A stretch of 64,000 nt of DNA from Synergistota bacterium (GTDB taxonomy: Bacteria > Synergistota > Synergistia > Synergistales > 79-D21). Positions 54,761 through 64,000 of the stretch are shown here, one piece after another; within the stretch, counting starts at the first letter, position 1; every line of letters starts with the position of its first letter. Location of the stretch: contig JALHIN010000002.1 of the NCBI GenBank assembly GCA_022839995.1, positions 44,983 to 108,982 of the forward strand, written 5' to 3'. The position numbers and the translations under genes are program-made. The notes below the pieces were generated by a model that saw nothing but the letters and a program-made list of their open reading frames with translations, had not been told where the DNA came from and did not search any database.

Positions 54761-57109
54761 ATGAGGCGAGTCGCTCCCAGGCGGAAATTGCCGGTTCTCC
54801 CTCTCAGGGACACCGTCCTTTTCCCCGGCCTGATGATCCCTCTCTTCGTCGGGAGGCCGAGGTCCCTCAAAGCGCTGGAATCTGCCTCGACAAGGGGAAG
54901 GCGCGTCGTCGTGGTCGCCCAAAAGAACTCGAAGGAAGAGGATCCTGCCGAAGAAGACCTCTACGAGCTGGGAACGCTGGCTTCCGTCCTGCAGACGGCC
55001 AGGCTGCCGGATGGGACCGTCAAGGTTTTGCTGGAAGGCTTATCCCGCGTCCAGATCGAGGAGTTCGATATTTCCGAAGAAAAGATCGAAGCTTGGGTGC
55101 TGCCCGTCCCTTCCCAAAAGGAAGACTTCGAGGATCAGCCTCTTCGGCGTGCACTCCTGGACCAGTTTGAAAAGCTCGCATCCTACAGCAGCAAGATTCC
55201 GGACGAAATCCCCGGATCCCTCTTCGAGATCGAGGGGCTTTCCATGCTTGCGGATGTGATCGCTTCCCACGTGGACCTCAAGGTGGAAGAAAAGCAGCGA
55301 ATCCTGGAAATGGCTGATCCCGTGACCAAATCCGAGTCTCTCCTGAAGTTCCTGATACGGGAAACGGAGATCCTCCAGCTGGAAAGCGAAATCCACGAGC
55401 GTGTCCGCCAGGAAATCGACCGGACTCACCGCGAGTATTACTTGAAGGAACAGATGAAAGTGATCCAGACCGAGCTGGATTCCCGACAGGGATTGAGCGA
55501 GGTCGACGAACTGGCGGGGAGGATCCGTAACAGCGGGATGCCTGCCGAAGTGGAGGAAAAAGCCCTCCATGAGCTTGACCGTTTCTCCAAGATGCCCCCC
55601 GTGTCGGCTGAAGCGACGGTAGCCAGATCCTACATCGAGTGGCTGATCGAACTTCCGTGGAGCAAAACATCCCGGGACCGCTTGGACATTCGTCTTGCAA
55701 AAACCGTTCTGGACGCGGATCACTACGGTTTGGACGAAGTCAAGGAAAGGATCCTGGAGTTCCTAGCCGTAAGAAAACTCGCCCCAAAGGATGCCCGTTC
55801 CCAGGTCATCTGTTTTGTCGGCCCCCCGGGTGTCGGGAAAACCTCCCTGGGCCGGTCCATCGCGAAAGCGATGGACCGGAAGTTCGTCCAGATGTCTCTC
55901 GGGGGCATTCGGGACGAAGCGGAGATCCGGGGACACCGGCGAACCTATGTTGGAGCTCTGCCGGGAAGAATTTTGCAGAAGATCCGCCAGGCGGGCACCC
56001 GGAATCCGGTACTCCTTCTGGACGAGATCGACAAGGTGGGGACCGATTTTCGGGGCGACCCGTCCTCTGCCCTGCTCGAAGTACTCGATCCCGAGCAGAA
56101 TTCCGCCTTTACGGACCATTTCCTCGAGGTCCCCTTCAACCTTGGCCAGACGCTTTTCATCACGACGGCAAACGTGACCCATACGATCCCAGCCCCGTTG
56201 CTTGACAGGATGGAAATCATCCGGATCCCTGGCTATGCCACCGAAGAGAAGGTCCAGATCGCTCAACGGCACTTGTGGCCGAAGGTATTACGGTCAAGCG
56301 GACTGGATCGGGAAACCGTCACGCTCGAAACCGAAACCCTGAGGGTGATTGTGGAGCGCTACACCAGCGAATCCGGGGTCCGGGAACTCGAGCGCCTCCT
56401 TTTCCGAATCGCCCGGAAGCTGGCGAGGAGGATCCTCGAAAACGGCGGCTCCAGGGGGGCGAAGAGAAGGCAAGAACCGATCCGGATCGATGCCACGGAC
56501 CTGCCGGAATACCTGGGGGCTCCCAGGAAAAGCCATCCATCCCTGCCCGAATACGACCAGGTGGGAGCGGCGGTCGGACTGGCCTGGACCGAGGCCGGAG
56601 GCGAAGCCCTCGTCGTTGAAAGCGTCACCATGAAGGGAAAGGGTGGACTTACCTTAACGGGCAACCTTGGGGAGATCATGCAGGAATCGGCTACCGCAGC
56701 CATGGGATACCTTCGCTCGACGGCCGGAAAGTGGGGCCTTGACGAAGTCGCTTGGCAAAACCTGGACACCCACGTCCATGTCCCGGAAGGGGCGATCCCC
56801 AAGGACGGACCTTCGGCGGGAATCACGATTGCCACCGCGCTGCTTTCCTCGCTCAGCGGCAGGCCCATCCGCCACGACGTTGCGATGACAGGGGAGATCA
56901 CCTTGCGCGGAAAGGTGCTTCCCGTCGGGGGGATCAAGGAAAAAGTGCTCGCAGCGAAACGTTACGGGATCCGGGACCTGATCCTCCCGGCCGCCAACCA
57001 GGCGGATTGGGAGGAATTGCCCGAATGGATCCGGGAAAACATGAAGGTATCGTTTGTCTCGTCCGCAGACGATGTCTTTCGCCTAGCACTCAAGGGAGAA
57101 GTTTCCTGA
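54761..57109 (+). CDS. lon: Lon protease (LonA)
   Basis: 782 aa. LON N-terminal domain ([14 protein letters not shown]), Walker [12 protein letters not shown], and the protease Ser motif [10 protein letters not shown]. Confidence 0.95.
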   Translation: MRRVAPRRKLPVLPLRDTVLFPGLMIPLFVGRPRSLKALESASTRGRRVVVVAQKNSKEEDPAEEDLYELGTLASVLQTARLPDGTVKVLLEGLSRVQIEEFDISEEKIEAWVLPVPSQKEDFEDQPLRRALLDQFEKLASYSSKIPDEIPGSLFEIEGLSMLADVIASHVDLKVEEKQRILEMADPVTKSESLLKFLIRETEILQLESEIHERVRQEIDRTHREYYLKEQMKVIQTELDSRQGLSEVDELAGRIRNSGMPAEVEEKALHELDRFSKMPPVSAEATVARSYIEWLIELPWSKTSRDRLDIRLAKTVLDADHYGLDEVKERILEFLAVRKLAPKDARSQVICFVGPPGVGKTSLGRSIAKAMDRKFVQMSLGGIRDEAEIRGHRRTYVGALPGRILQKIRQAGTRNPVLLLDEIDKVGTDFRGDPSSALLEVLDPEQNSAFTDHFLEVPFNLGQTLFITTANVTHTIPAPLLDRMEIIRIPGYATEEKVQIAQRHLWPKVLRSSGLDRETVTLETETLRVIVERYTSESGVRELERLLFRIARKLARRILENGGSRGAKRRQEPIRIDATDLPEYLGAPRKSHPSLPEYDQVGAAVGLAWTEAGGEALVVESVTMKGKGGLTLTGNLGEIMQESATAAMGYLRSTAGKWGLDEVAWQNLDTHVHVPEGAIPKDGPSAGITIATALLSSLSGRPIRHDVAMTGEITLRGKVLPVGGIKEKVLAAKRYGIRDLILPAANQADWEELPEWIRENMKVSFVSSADDVFRLALKGEVS

Positions 57110-57714
57110 TGCCCCGGCAATGGATCTATGAAGAGGCCATAACGGCCTTTCTCGAAAACCAGCTGCCGCCGTTCGGCCTGCCGGAGATCACGGTCCTGGG
57201 CAGGTCGAACGTCGGAAAGTCCAGCCTGATCAACAAGCTGGCGGCCAGATCGATCGCCCGTTCCAGCGCAACCCCCGGCAAGACACGGAGCATCAACTTT
57301 TTCAGGTTCCGCGGGAAACACGCCTTTTACCTCGTGGATCTCCCCGGTTACGGGTATTCCGCAGTTTCCCAGGATACCCGCCGTTCCTGGAAACGCCTGA
57401 TCGAAACCTACATGGCACGGAACTCGGCGATCCTGCACCTGCACCTTGTGGATTTCAGGCATGGCTACCTCAAGACCGATGAAGCCCTGAGGACATGGCT
57501 CGCTTGCCAGGAAGCCCCAACTGTGACCGTCTTCACAAAGGCCGACAAGATCCCCAAAGGGAAGTGGAAAGCGCTCCTGTCCAATTATTGCAGGGGAGCG
57601 GAGTGCGCATTTGTCACGTCGGCCGAAACCGGAGCCGGTGTTGACGACCTCCGGCATTTTCTGGAAGATTACGTCGACCGTTCGCTTGGAGGCGACGGTC
57701 GCGAGGAGGAATGA
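57109..57714 (+). CDS. engB: Ribosome biogenesis GTPase YihA/EngB
   Basis: GRSNVGKSSLINKL...DLPGYGYS...TKADK. The ATG overlaps the lon stop. It lies inside track ORF 56752-57714. Confidence 0.85.
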   Translation: MPRQWIYEEAITAFLENQLPPFGLPEITVLGRSNVGKSSLINKLAARSIARSSATPGKTRSINFFRFRGKHAFYLVDLPGYGYSAVSQDTRRSWKRLIETYMARNSAILHLHLVDFRHGYLKTDEALRTWLACQEAPTVTVFTKADKIPKGKWKALLSNYCRGAECAFVTSAETGAGVDDLRHFLEDYVDRSLGGDGREEE

Positions 57715-60383
57715 CGATGAGTGAGACCCGCGGCAATCTTGGAAAATCCTACGATCCCAGGCCCATCGAGGACAAGTGGTACGCCTGGTGGCTCGAGCGT
57801 CGGCTCTTCGAAGGCAACCCCGACGCTGAGAAACCTCCCTTCAGCATCGTCATCCCGCCGCCCAACGTGACGGGATCGCTCCACATGGGGCACGCATTGA
57901 ACAACACCCTACAGGACATCCAGTGCCGATACAAGAGAATGCAGGGGTACGATGTCCTTTGGCTTCCCGGAACAGACCACGCTGGCATTGCGACCCAAAA
58001 CGTCGTCGAGCGGCACCTCGCGAACCAGGGAATCTCACGCCACGACCTCGGGCGGGAGGCATTCGTGGACAAAGTCTGGGAATGGAAGGAACAGTACGGG
58101 AACCGGATCGTGAACCAGCTGAAGAAACTCGGGGCCTCCTGCGACTGGAACCGGGAACGGTTCACGATGGACGAGGGGCTTTCCAAGGCGGTGCGGGCCG
58201 TTTTTGTCCGCCTTTACAAGGAAGGGTTGATCTACAGGGGCAAATACATCATCAACTGGTGTCCCCGCTGCCAGACGGCCCTCTCCGATCTGGAAGTCGA
58301 ACACCAGGAATCCAGCGGCAACCTCTACCACGTCCTGTACCGTTTCGTCGATGCAGACGGAGGTGTAACCGTTGCCACCACCAGGCCGGAAACCATTCTC
58401 GGCGATGTGGCCATCGCGATCCATCCGCGTGACGAGAAGAATCGCGACCTTGTGGGACGGTCCGTCCTCGTGCCTCTTGTCGGAAGGGTAATCCCGATCA
58501 TCGAGGATCCGATGGTGGATCCCGAATTCGGCACCGGGTGCGTCAAAATCACCCCCGCCCATGACCCCAACGACTTCCTCGTGGGTCAGAGACATGGACT
58601 GGAGTCGATCCAGGTCATCGATTCCGAAGGCAAAATGAACGAATCCGCCGGGAAATACTGCGGGTTGGACCGGTTCGAGGCGAGGAAGGCAGTTCTCAGC
58701 GACCTTGATTCCCAGGGCAACCTGCTTCGGGTCGAAGAACACCTCCATTCCGTCGGCCAATGCTACCGGTGCCGTACCGTCGTTGAGCCCTACCTCTCGG
58801 AACAATGGTTCGTCAAGGCAAAACCCCTCGCCGAAGCCGGTGTTGAAGCCGTCAAGGCCGGGCGGATCCGGTTCGTCCCGGAACAATGGACCGGCACCTA
58901 CTACCAGTGGATGGAGGAGATCCGTGATTGGTGCATCTCCCGCCAGCTCTGGTGGGGTCATCGCATTCCTGCCTGGAGCTGTCCGTCCTGCGGGCACATT
59001 ACCGTTTCGGAAACGGATCCCGACCGGTGCGAATCCTGCGGTTGCGAGACAATCCTCCAGGACGAAGACGTCCTCGACACCTGGTTCAGCAGCGCCCTCT
59101 GGCCCTTTTCCACCCTCGGATGGCCGGAACAAACGCCGGAGCTTTCCCGGTACTACCCGACAAGCCTCCTCGTGACAGGATTCGACATCATCTTTTTCTG
59201 GGTTGCCCGGATGATCATGATGGGACTGCACTTCATGAAAGAAGTTCCCTTCAGGGACACCTACATCCACGCTCTCGTCCGGGACGAGACCGGCCAGAAA
59301 ATGAGCAAGTCAAAGGGGAACGTGATCGACCCCCTGGACATCATCGACCAGTATGGAGCCGACGCGCTCCGGCTGACACTTGCCGCCCTTACCGTCCAGG
59401 GAAGGGATATCCTGTTGAGCACGAACCGCATCGAAACCTTCCGGTTCTTCCTCAACAAGCTCTGGAACGCCAGTCGGCTTGCCTTGGCTTCCCTCGAAGG
59501 GAAGACGAGAGACCGCAGAATCGAACCCCTCTCTCTCCGCCTTCACGACCGATGGATCCTGACGCGCCTCGACGAAGTCATCCTCGAAACCACGCGCGAT
59601 TTGGATGGCTATTTCTTCGGAGAGGCCGCCAAACTGCTTTATGACTTCGTTTGGGGAGAACTCTGCGACTGGTACCTGGAGATGGCCAAGCCCGCCTTGA
59701 GGGGAGAGGAAGGAGAGAGCCGAAAGGAAACAACGCAGGGAGTCCTTTGCCGGGTTTTCGAATCCGTGCTCAAGCTGCTGCATCCCTTCATCCCCTTCCT
59801 GACGGAAGAGCTGTGGCATGCCTTCAACTTCTCCGACCGTTCCATGCAGGAGGAGGAATGGCCGAAACCGGACGGGGAAGAGAAGGGATCGCCGGTTTGC
59901 CTGGAGCAGATGGCCGCTTTCCAGGAGGCAGTCCGCGCGATCCGCAACCTCAGGGCGGAGGCCCGGTTGGCACCGCAAAAAACAGCCCCCCTCGTCCGTG
60001 CCGACCTGAAAGAGGGGCTTGAGCCCCTTTTCCGGGAAAATTCAGACCTCTTAAAACTCCTTTGCCGAATCGAGCGTTTTGAAATCACTTCCCGGAATGC
60101 CCCTTCCCCCGGGAAAAGCCTAAGCGCGGTCCTGCCTCAGGGCTCTTTCTACCTCGAGGTCGAGGGACTCATCGACATCGATGCGGAAATCGGGCGCCTC
60201 AAGCAGGAAATGGACAAGCTCGCAGCAGACCTGGAACGCTCCAGGGCCAAGCTGGCGAACGTCCAATTCGTCACGAACGCACCCGCCGAAGTCGTAGGGA
60301 AAGAAAGGGAGCGCCTGCAGGAAGGAGAAGCCAGGATCCTGCGAATCAAAGAAAACATCCAAAGCTTGAGCGTGGGTGAGTAA
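57711..60383 (+). CDS. valS: Valine--tRNA ligase
   Basis: 890 aa. PPPNVTGSLHMGHAL (HIGH), KMSKSKGNV (KMSKS) and a C-terminal coiled coil. Confidence 0.95.
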   Translation: MTMSETRGNLGKSYDPRPIEDKWYAWWLERRLFEGNPDAEKPPFSIVIPPPNVTGSLHMGHALNNTLQDIQCRYKRMQGYDVLWLPGTDHAGIATQNVVERHLANQGISRHDLGREAFVDKVWEWKEQYGNRIVNQLKKLGASCDWNRERFTMDEGLSKAVRAVFVRLYKEGLIYRGKYIINWCPRCQTALSDLEVEHQESSGNLYHVLYRFVDADGGVTVATTRPETILGDVAIAIHPRDEKNRDLVGRSVLVPLVGRVIPIIEDPMVDPEFGTGCVKITPAHDPNDFLVGQRHGLESIQVIDSEGKMNESAGKYCGLDRFEARKAVLSDLDSQGNLLRVEEHLHSVGQCYRCRTVVEPYLSEQWFVKAKPLAEAGVEAVKAGRIRFVPEQWTGTYYQWMEEIRDWCISRQLWWGHRIPAWSCPSCGHITVSETDPDRCESCGCETILQDEDVLDTWFSSALWPFSTLGWPEQTPELSRYYPTSLLVTGFDIIFFWVARMIMMGLHFMKEVPFRDTYIHALVRDETGQKMSKSKGNVIDPLDIIDQYGADALRLTLAALTVQGRDILLSTNRIETFRFFLNKLWNASRLALASLEGKTRDRRIEPLSLRLHDRWILTRLDEVILETTRDLDGYFFGEAAKLLYDFVWGELCDWYLEMAKPALRGEEGESRKETTQGVLCRVFESVLKLLHPFIPFLTEELWHAFNFSDRSMQEEEWPKPDGEEKGSPVCLEQMAAFQEAVRAIRNLRAEARLAPQKTAPLVRADLKEGLEPLFRENSDLLKLLCRIERFEITSRNAPSPGKSLSAVLPQGSFYLEVEGLIDIDAEIGRLKQEMDKLAADLERSRAKLANVQFVTNAPAEVVGKERERLQEGEARILRIKENIQSLSVGE

Positions 60384-61734
60384 GGATTTGAAAGACGGAC
60401 AAGCTTCGGAAGCAGACCGGTACCACCTGATCGAACGGCGGATTCTCGGGCTCTCTTCCCCTGGAATCCGCCCGGGCCTTTCCCGCATGGCCCGTTTGTG
60501 CTCCCTCCTGGGGCACCCGGAAAGGTCCTTTCCCGCGATTCACGTTGTTGGAACCAACGGGAAGGGCTCTGTCTGTGCGTCCGTCGATTCGATCCTTAGG
60601 GAATCCGGATACCAAACCGCCCGTTACACCAGCCCGCACCTGGAACATCTCGGCGAGCGTCTGACATTCGATGGCCAACCTCTTTCTCCTTCGATCTGGG
60701 AGGAAGCCCTTGACCAGGTCGCCGGGGTTATCCGCACGGACCGGATGCTCTCGGGGGACCCCCCCTCTTTTTTCGAAACCCTGACCGCGGCGGCATTCCT
60801 TTGCATCGCCCGCGGGAATCGGGATTTTGCAGTGATTGAGGCCGGGTTGGGAGGAAGGTTGGACGCCACGAACCTTCTCGGCAAGGTTCAGATGACCGTT
60901 TTTACTTCCATCGGGCTCGACCACGAAGATATCCTCGGTTGCGGCCTGGAAAAAATCGCAAGAGAAAAATTCGCGGCCCTTCGTCCAAACGTCCCGGCCG
61001 TTTCCGCAACCAACGGAGCTTTTCTGGATGATCTCGCCGATCAAACCGCAAAAAGGCTCGGTTCCCCTCTTTGCCTTCTGGGAAGGGACGCAAGGGTGAT
61101 CCCCCATAGAACAGGGAAACGGGGATCGTCCTTTGTCCTCTGCAGGAGAGGCTTTTCTCCACTGGAGCTTTCCACCCCCCTCCTCGGGAAACACCAGGTG
61201 GAAAACGCCGCCCTTTCGGCGCTTGCCTGCCTTGGCCTGGCAGATGAAGGACACCGGATCACGGAGGTCTCCATCCGGGAAGGTTTGAAGAAAACCTCCT
61301 GGCCGGGGCGAATGGAGATCGTCGCCCTCGACCCTCCCGTCGTTCTTGACGGTGCCCACAATCCCCAGGGTGCGGAGATGCTTTCGAGGAACATCCGGGC
61401 CCTGTGGCCCGAAACCCCGGTCTCGCTGGTCATGGCGGCGATGAAGGACAAGGACCTGAACGGGATGCTCCAGGCCCTGTCCGGCTTGGGTGGGGATCTT
61501 TTCTGCACCGAGGTCCCCGGCATGGACCGTTCCGAGACAGCCCGGGGGTTGGCGGAAAAAGCCCTTTCCCTGTCCTGGCCGGGGTCAGTCAAGGTTTTCG
61601 GGAACCCGGAAGAAGCCCTTCTCGAGGCCTCGAAATCCGCCCCGCTCGTGCTCTGCACCGGAAGTCTCTACTTCATCGGCCGGATTCGCCGCTTCCTGAT
61701 CGAAAAGCGGAACTCCACCAAGGATCGGACATGA
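60376..61734 (+). CDS. folC: Bifunctional folylpolyglutamate synthase / dihydrofolate synthase
   Basis: Mur-ligase P-loop VVGTNGKGSV, and SPHLEHLGERL. Confidence 0.85.
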   Translation: MSKDLKDGQASEADRYHLIERRILGLSSPGIRPGLSRMARLCSLLGHPERSFPAIHVVGTNGKGSVCASVDSILRESGYQTARYTSPHLEHLGERLTFDGQPLSPSIWEEALDQVAGVIRTDRMLSGDPPSFFETLTAAAFLCIARGNRDFAVIEAGLGGRLDATNLLGKVQMTVFTSIGLDHEDILGCGLEKIAREKFAALRPNVPAVSATNGAFLDDLADQTAKRLGSPLCLLGRDARVIPHRTGKRGSSFVLCRRGFSPLELSTPLLGKHQVENAALSALACLGLADEGHRITEVSIREGLKKTSWPGRMEIVALDPPVVLDGAHNPQGAEMLSRNIRALWPETPVSLVMAAMKDKDLNGMLQALSGLGGDLFCTEVPGMDRSETARGLAEKALSLSWPGSVKVFGNPEEALLEASKSAPLVLCTGSLYFIGRIRRFLIEKRNSTKDRT

Positions 61735-62525
61735 GCTTCGGGCCTATCGCGATCCATAACGGGCAGCGTATCCAAAGGATCCGACCCCCGAAGGAACTGG
61801 AAGGTCTTCTTGAAGCCTCCCTCTTTCTCCGAGGCCCTGTCATGGACAGGGCCGGGGGAGACCCGGAAACAGCCTGGCAGGAGCTTGGAGGCCCTGCTGC
61901 CGGCATTCCGCTGATTGCCCCGATCCAGGTCCACGGGACGGCCATTCTCGAGGAAGCGGAACTCTGGACGCTCCCAAGCCGTCCCAAGGCAGATGGAATC
62001 CTGCTGTCCAAGGGGAAGTGTGCAGGTAGCCTCCGTTTCGCGGATTGCTTTCCGCTGCTTCTTGCCTCTTGTCATCCAAGGCCATGGGCGCTGATGCTCC
62101 ACGCCGGGTTCGAGGGAACCGCAAAAGGAATCCTTTCTTGTGCCGTGGATTTTTTGCGGTCGCGAACCCCGGGATTTCGGCCAGACAGGATGGCTGCCTG
62201 GATCGGGCCTGGAATCGGCCCCTGCTGCTATGAGAGGAAAAAGAACCAGGATGCGAAAACCGCGCTGGGGATGACCAACCTTCCCCGCTCATGCTGGACC
62301 GACCTCGGGGATCGTGTCCGTTTCGACATCCGGGAAGCCATACGAATCCAGCTTCTTACCGTCGGCCTGCCCGAGGAGCGGATTTTCACTCACGGCCTCT
62401 GCACTTCCTGCAATCCGCATTTGCTGTATTCCTACCGAAACGGGGACCGGACCTGCAGGACGTTTTTTGTCGTCCGCTCGGGTCCCGCAGTCCACAACCT
62501 CCACCCCTGGTGGGAAAATATATAG
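61731..62525 (+). CDS. pgeF: YfiH/PgeF (DUF152) family purine nucleoside phosphorylase / polyphenol oxidase-like protein
   Basis: QVHGT...ADGILL...ADCFPLLL...HAGFEGTAKGI...GPGIGPCCYE...CTSC..YSYR. The ATG overlaps the folC stop. It lies inside track ORF 61404-62525. Confidence 0.8.
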   Translation: MSFGPIAIHNGQRIQRIRPPKELEGLLEASLFLRGPVMDRAGGDPETAWQELGGPAAGIPLIAPIQVHGTAILEEAELWTLPSRPKADGILLSKGKCAGSLRFADCFPLLLASCHPRPWALMLHAGFEGTAKGILSCAVDFLRSRTPGFRPDRMAAWIGPGIGPCCYERKKNQDAKTALGMTNLPRSCWTDLGDRVRFDIREAIRIQLLTVGLPEERIFTHGLCTSCNPHLLYSYRNGDRTCRTFFVVRSGPAVHNLHPWWENI

Positions 62526-62573
62526 GGAGTCAGTCTACAGGGATGCAATCCCAGCGACCCGGGGAGTGATTGA

Positions 62574-63545
62574 ATGGAACCCGTGAGAGTCGGAGTCATT
62601 GGTGTTGGCCATCTAGGGCACCACCATGCAAGGGTTTACACGGAGCTTTTCGGCACGCAGCTCGTGGGGGTCGTCGACCTCGATGAGGAGAGAGCTGCCA
62701 CCATCGGAGAAGGGCTGGGCGTCCCTTACTTCACGAGTCTTGACCGTTTCTTCGAACATGCCCGGCCGGATGCCGTCAGTGTCGTCGTCCCGACCGTCCA
62801 GCACTACGAAGTGGCCCGCCAGGCGCTCGAGAGAGGCCTTCACGTCCTCATCGAAAAACCGGTGACGACGACGGTTCTCGAGGCGGAAGACCTCCTGAAG
62901 CTTGCGGCGGGAAAGAACCTGGTCCTGCAGGTGGGGCATATCGAGAGGTTCAACAGCGCGGTGCAATACCTGAGCAACGTGGTCCGGGAACCGATCTTCC
63001 TGCAGTCCAACAGGCTGGGGCCTTTTACGAACCGCATTTCCGATGTCGGCGTGGTGCTGGACCTGATGATCCACGATATCGACATCATGCTTTCCCTTGT
63101 CAGGGCAGACATCGTCAACATCAACGCAATGGGAAGGTGCATTCGTTCGGACCACGAGGATGTCGCTTCCGCCCAAATCGAATTCTCCAACGGGACGATG
63201 GCCCACATCCTGGTCAGCCGGGTTTCGGAAAGAAGGATGCGGCAGCTGGAAATCATGGAACCCGAGCGGTACCTGACCATCGATTACCAGGCACAGGAAG
63301 TTTCGATCCACCGCTGTCTGAACCAGCAGGGCAGCGGGCTCGTCGAGGTGATCGAGCATCCTGTCTTCCCCAAGCGTGAACCGCTCAAGCTTGAGCTCCA
63401 TCACTTCATTTCCTGCGTCAAGGAGGGGCGGCAACCCCTCGTGGGCATCATGGACGGCAAGAGGGCGCTCGAGGTGGCGATCTCGGTGCTGCGGCAGATC
63501 CACGTCCAGAAGCAGGCGGGTTCGATGCACTCCGCACAGTCCTGA
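62574..63545 (+). CDS. Gfo/Idh/MocA family NAD(P)-dependent oxidoreductase
   Basis: N-terminal Rossmann motif VRVGVIGVGHLGHHHARVY and EKPV in the mid-region. Confidence 0.8.
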   Translation: MEPVRVGVIGVGHLGHHHARVYTELFGTQLVGVVDLDEERAATIGEGLGVPYFTSLDRFFEHARPDAVSVVVPTVQHYEVARQALERGLHVLIEKPVTTTVLEAEDLLKLAAGKNLVLQVGHIERFNSAVQYLSNVVREPIFLQSNRLGPFTNRISDVGVVLDLMIHDIDIMLSLVRADIVNINAMGRCIRSDHEDVASAQIEFSNGTMAHILVSRVSERRMRQLEIMEPERYLTIDYQAQEVSIHRCLNQQGSGLVEVIEHPVFPKREPLKLELHHFISCVKEGRQPLVGIMDGKRALEVAISVLRQIHVQKQAGSMHSAQS

Positions 63546-63577
63546 GGGATGCCTGCGGCACATGAAAGGGCCTGGAA

Positions 63578-63618
63578 CGGAGGAGGGGAGTGGACAACCT
63601 TCCCCTCCTCCGTTTTTC
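63578..63618 (+). terminator. Rho-independent terminator after the oxidoreductase gene
   Basis: 12-bp perfect stem CGGAGGAGGGGA/TCCCCTCCTCCG, an 11-nt loop, followed by T5. Confidence 0.65.
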
Positions 63619-63672
63619 TGCTATGATTCCGGTGGTCTGCGCTTTTCAAACCCTTGCCGGGAGGTGGTCGGC

Positions 63673-63885
63673 ATGTCCGGTGTAAACCTGCAGGCACTCG
63701 TCGCCCTGGTCTGTTTTCTCCTTTGCCTGCTGATCGCAAGGGCGGTGATGAACATCCAAAGGGGGCAATGGCCCGGTGGGCAGATGTGGGTTCTGTATCT
63801 CCGCACACTCCTCGGCTTTCTCTTCGCGGCAGCCATCACCCTGGCCTTTTACGCCTTCGCGGGAATCGACCTTCTTCATCGCTGA
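63673..63885 (+). CDS. Possible small 2-TM membrane protein
   Basis: 70 aa: MSGVNLQALVALVCFLLCLLIARAV...LRTLLGFLFAAAITLAFYAF. The ATG lies inside track ORF 63376-63885. There is no family match and only a weak RBS (GGAGGTGG 4 nt upstream). Confidence 0.35.
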   Translation: MSGVNLQALVALVCFLLCLLIARAVMNIQRGQWPGGQMWVLYLRTLLGFLFAAAITLAFYAFAGIDLLHR

Positions 63886-64000
63886 AGAGGTCGGCCGGTA
63901 CGGCTCGTTGGCCGGCAATTTCCCCGGTTCCAAACCTTCCGAGGTTTGACCCGGATACCGGGAGCTTTTATGATTCGATTGCTTTTCAGTTTCCGGTCCA

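Noticed and set aside
58035-59270. 411-aa minus-strand ORF
   Set aside because: It is antisense to valS, making it a high-GC artefact.
63969-64000. Possible start of another + strand gene (ATG 63969, MIRLLFSFRS...)
   Set aside because: Only about 10 codons are visible before the window ends, which is too little to support a call.

Overview
This is a 64-kb stretch of a high-GC bacterial chromosome. Hand counts on 100-nt samples give about 58% G+C in ordinary regions. It is densely packed with housekeeping genes, mostly on the + strand, and many adjacent genes have overlapping stop and start codons. I cannot assign a taxon from the sequence. The rimP-nusA-ylxR-L7Ae-infB-DUF503-rbfA-nrnA-truB-ribF order, rqcH and the PIN/TRAM gene suggest a Firmicutes- or Synergistota-like lineage, but this is a weak guess.

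Gene content from left to right:
- Partial Fe-ADH, typA, wrbA and cysS on the minus strand.
- uvrC fused by ATGA overlap to a ribD-ribE-ribBA-ribH operon, then serS.
- A polytopic-membrane/GT26 (TagA-like) fusion gene and a CBS-domain gene.
- A complete V/A-type ATPase operon (stalk-like gene, then I-K-E-C-F-A-B-D).
- DUF951, rlmH, ybaB, recR, a PIN/TRAM gene, ispDF and guaB.
- The nusA/infB cluster through ribF.
- tRNA-Arg(CCU), then DUF1850 plus a fused TRAP permease, ileS, rluD and rqcH (minus strand).
- An array of 8 tRNA genes, then tig-clpP-clpX-lon-engB-valS-folC-pgeF and a Gfo/Idh/MocA oxidoreductase.

The one clearly accessory region is a ~6.9-kb integrative element at 35146-42146. 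It is bounded by perfect 77-bp direct repeats that duplicate the promoter-proximal 5' part of tRNA-Arg(CCU). It carries:
- an intact tyrosine recombinase;
- a divergent module made of an XRE-HTH gene and an orphan 357-aa gene;
- four further orphan ORFs;
- a 185-bp nested-palindrome/iteron intergenic module;
- a ~31% G+C islet holding a frameshifted yfbU-family gene.

I recognise no phage structural gene, relaxase, primase/helicase or NTPase in it. It is therefore the best candidate here for an undescribed system, and I cannot name its function from sequence alone. I found no CRISPR array, rRNA, riboswitch or T-box leader.
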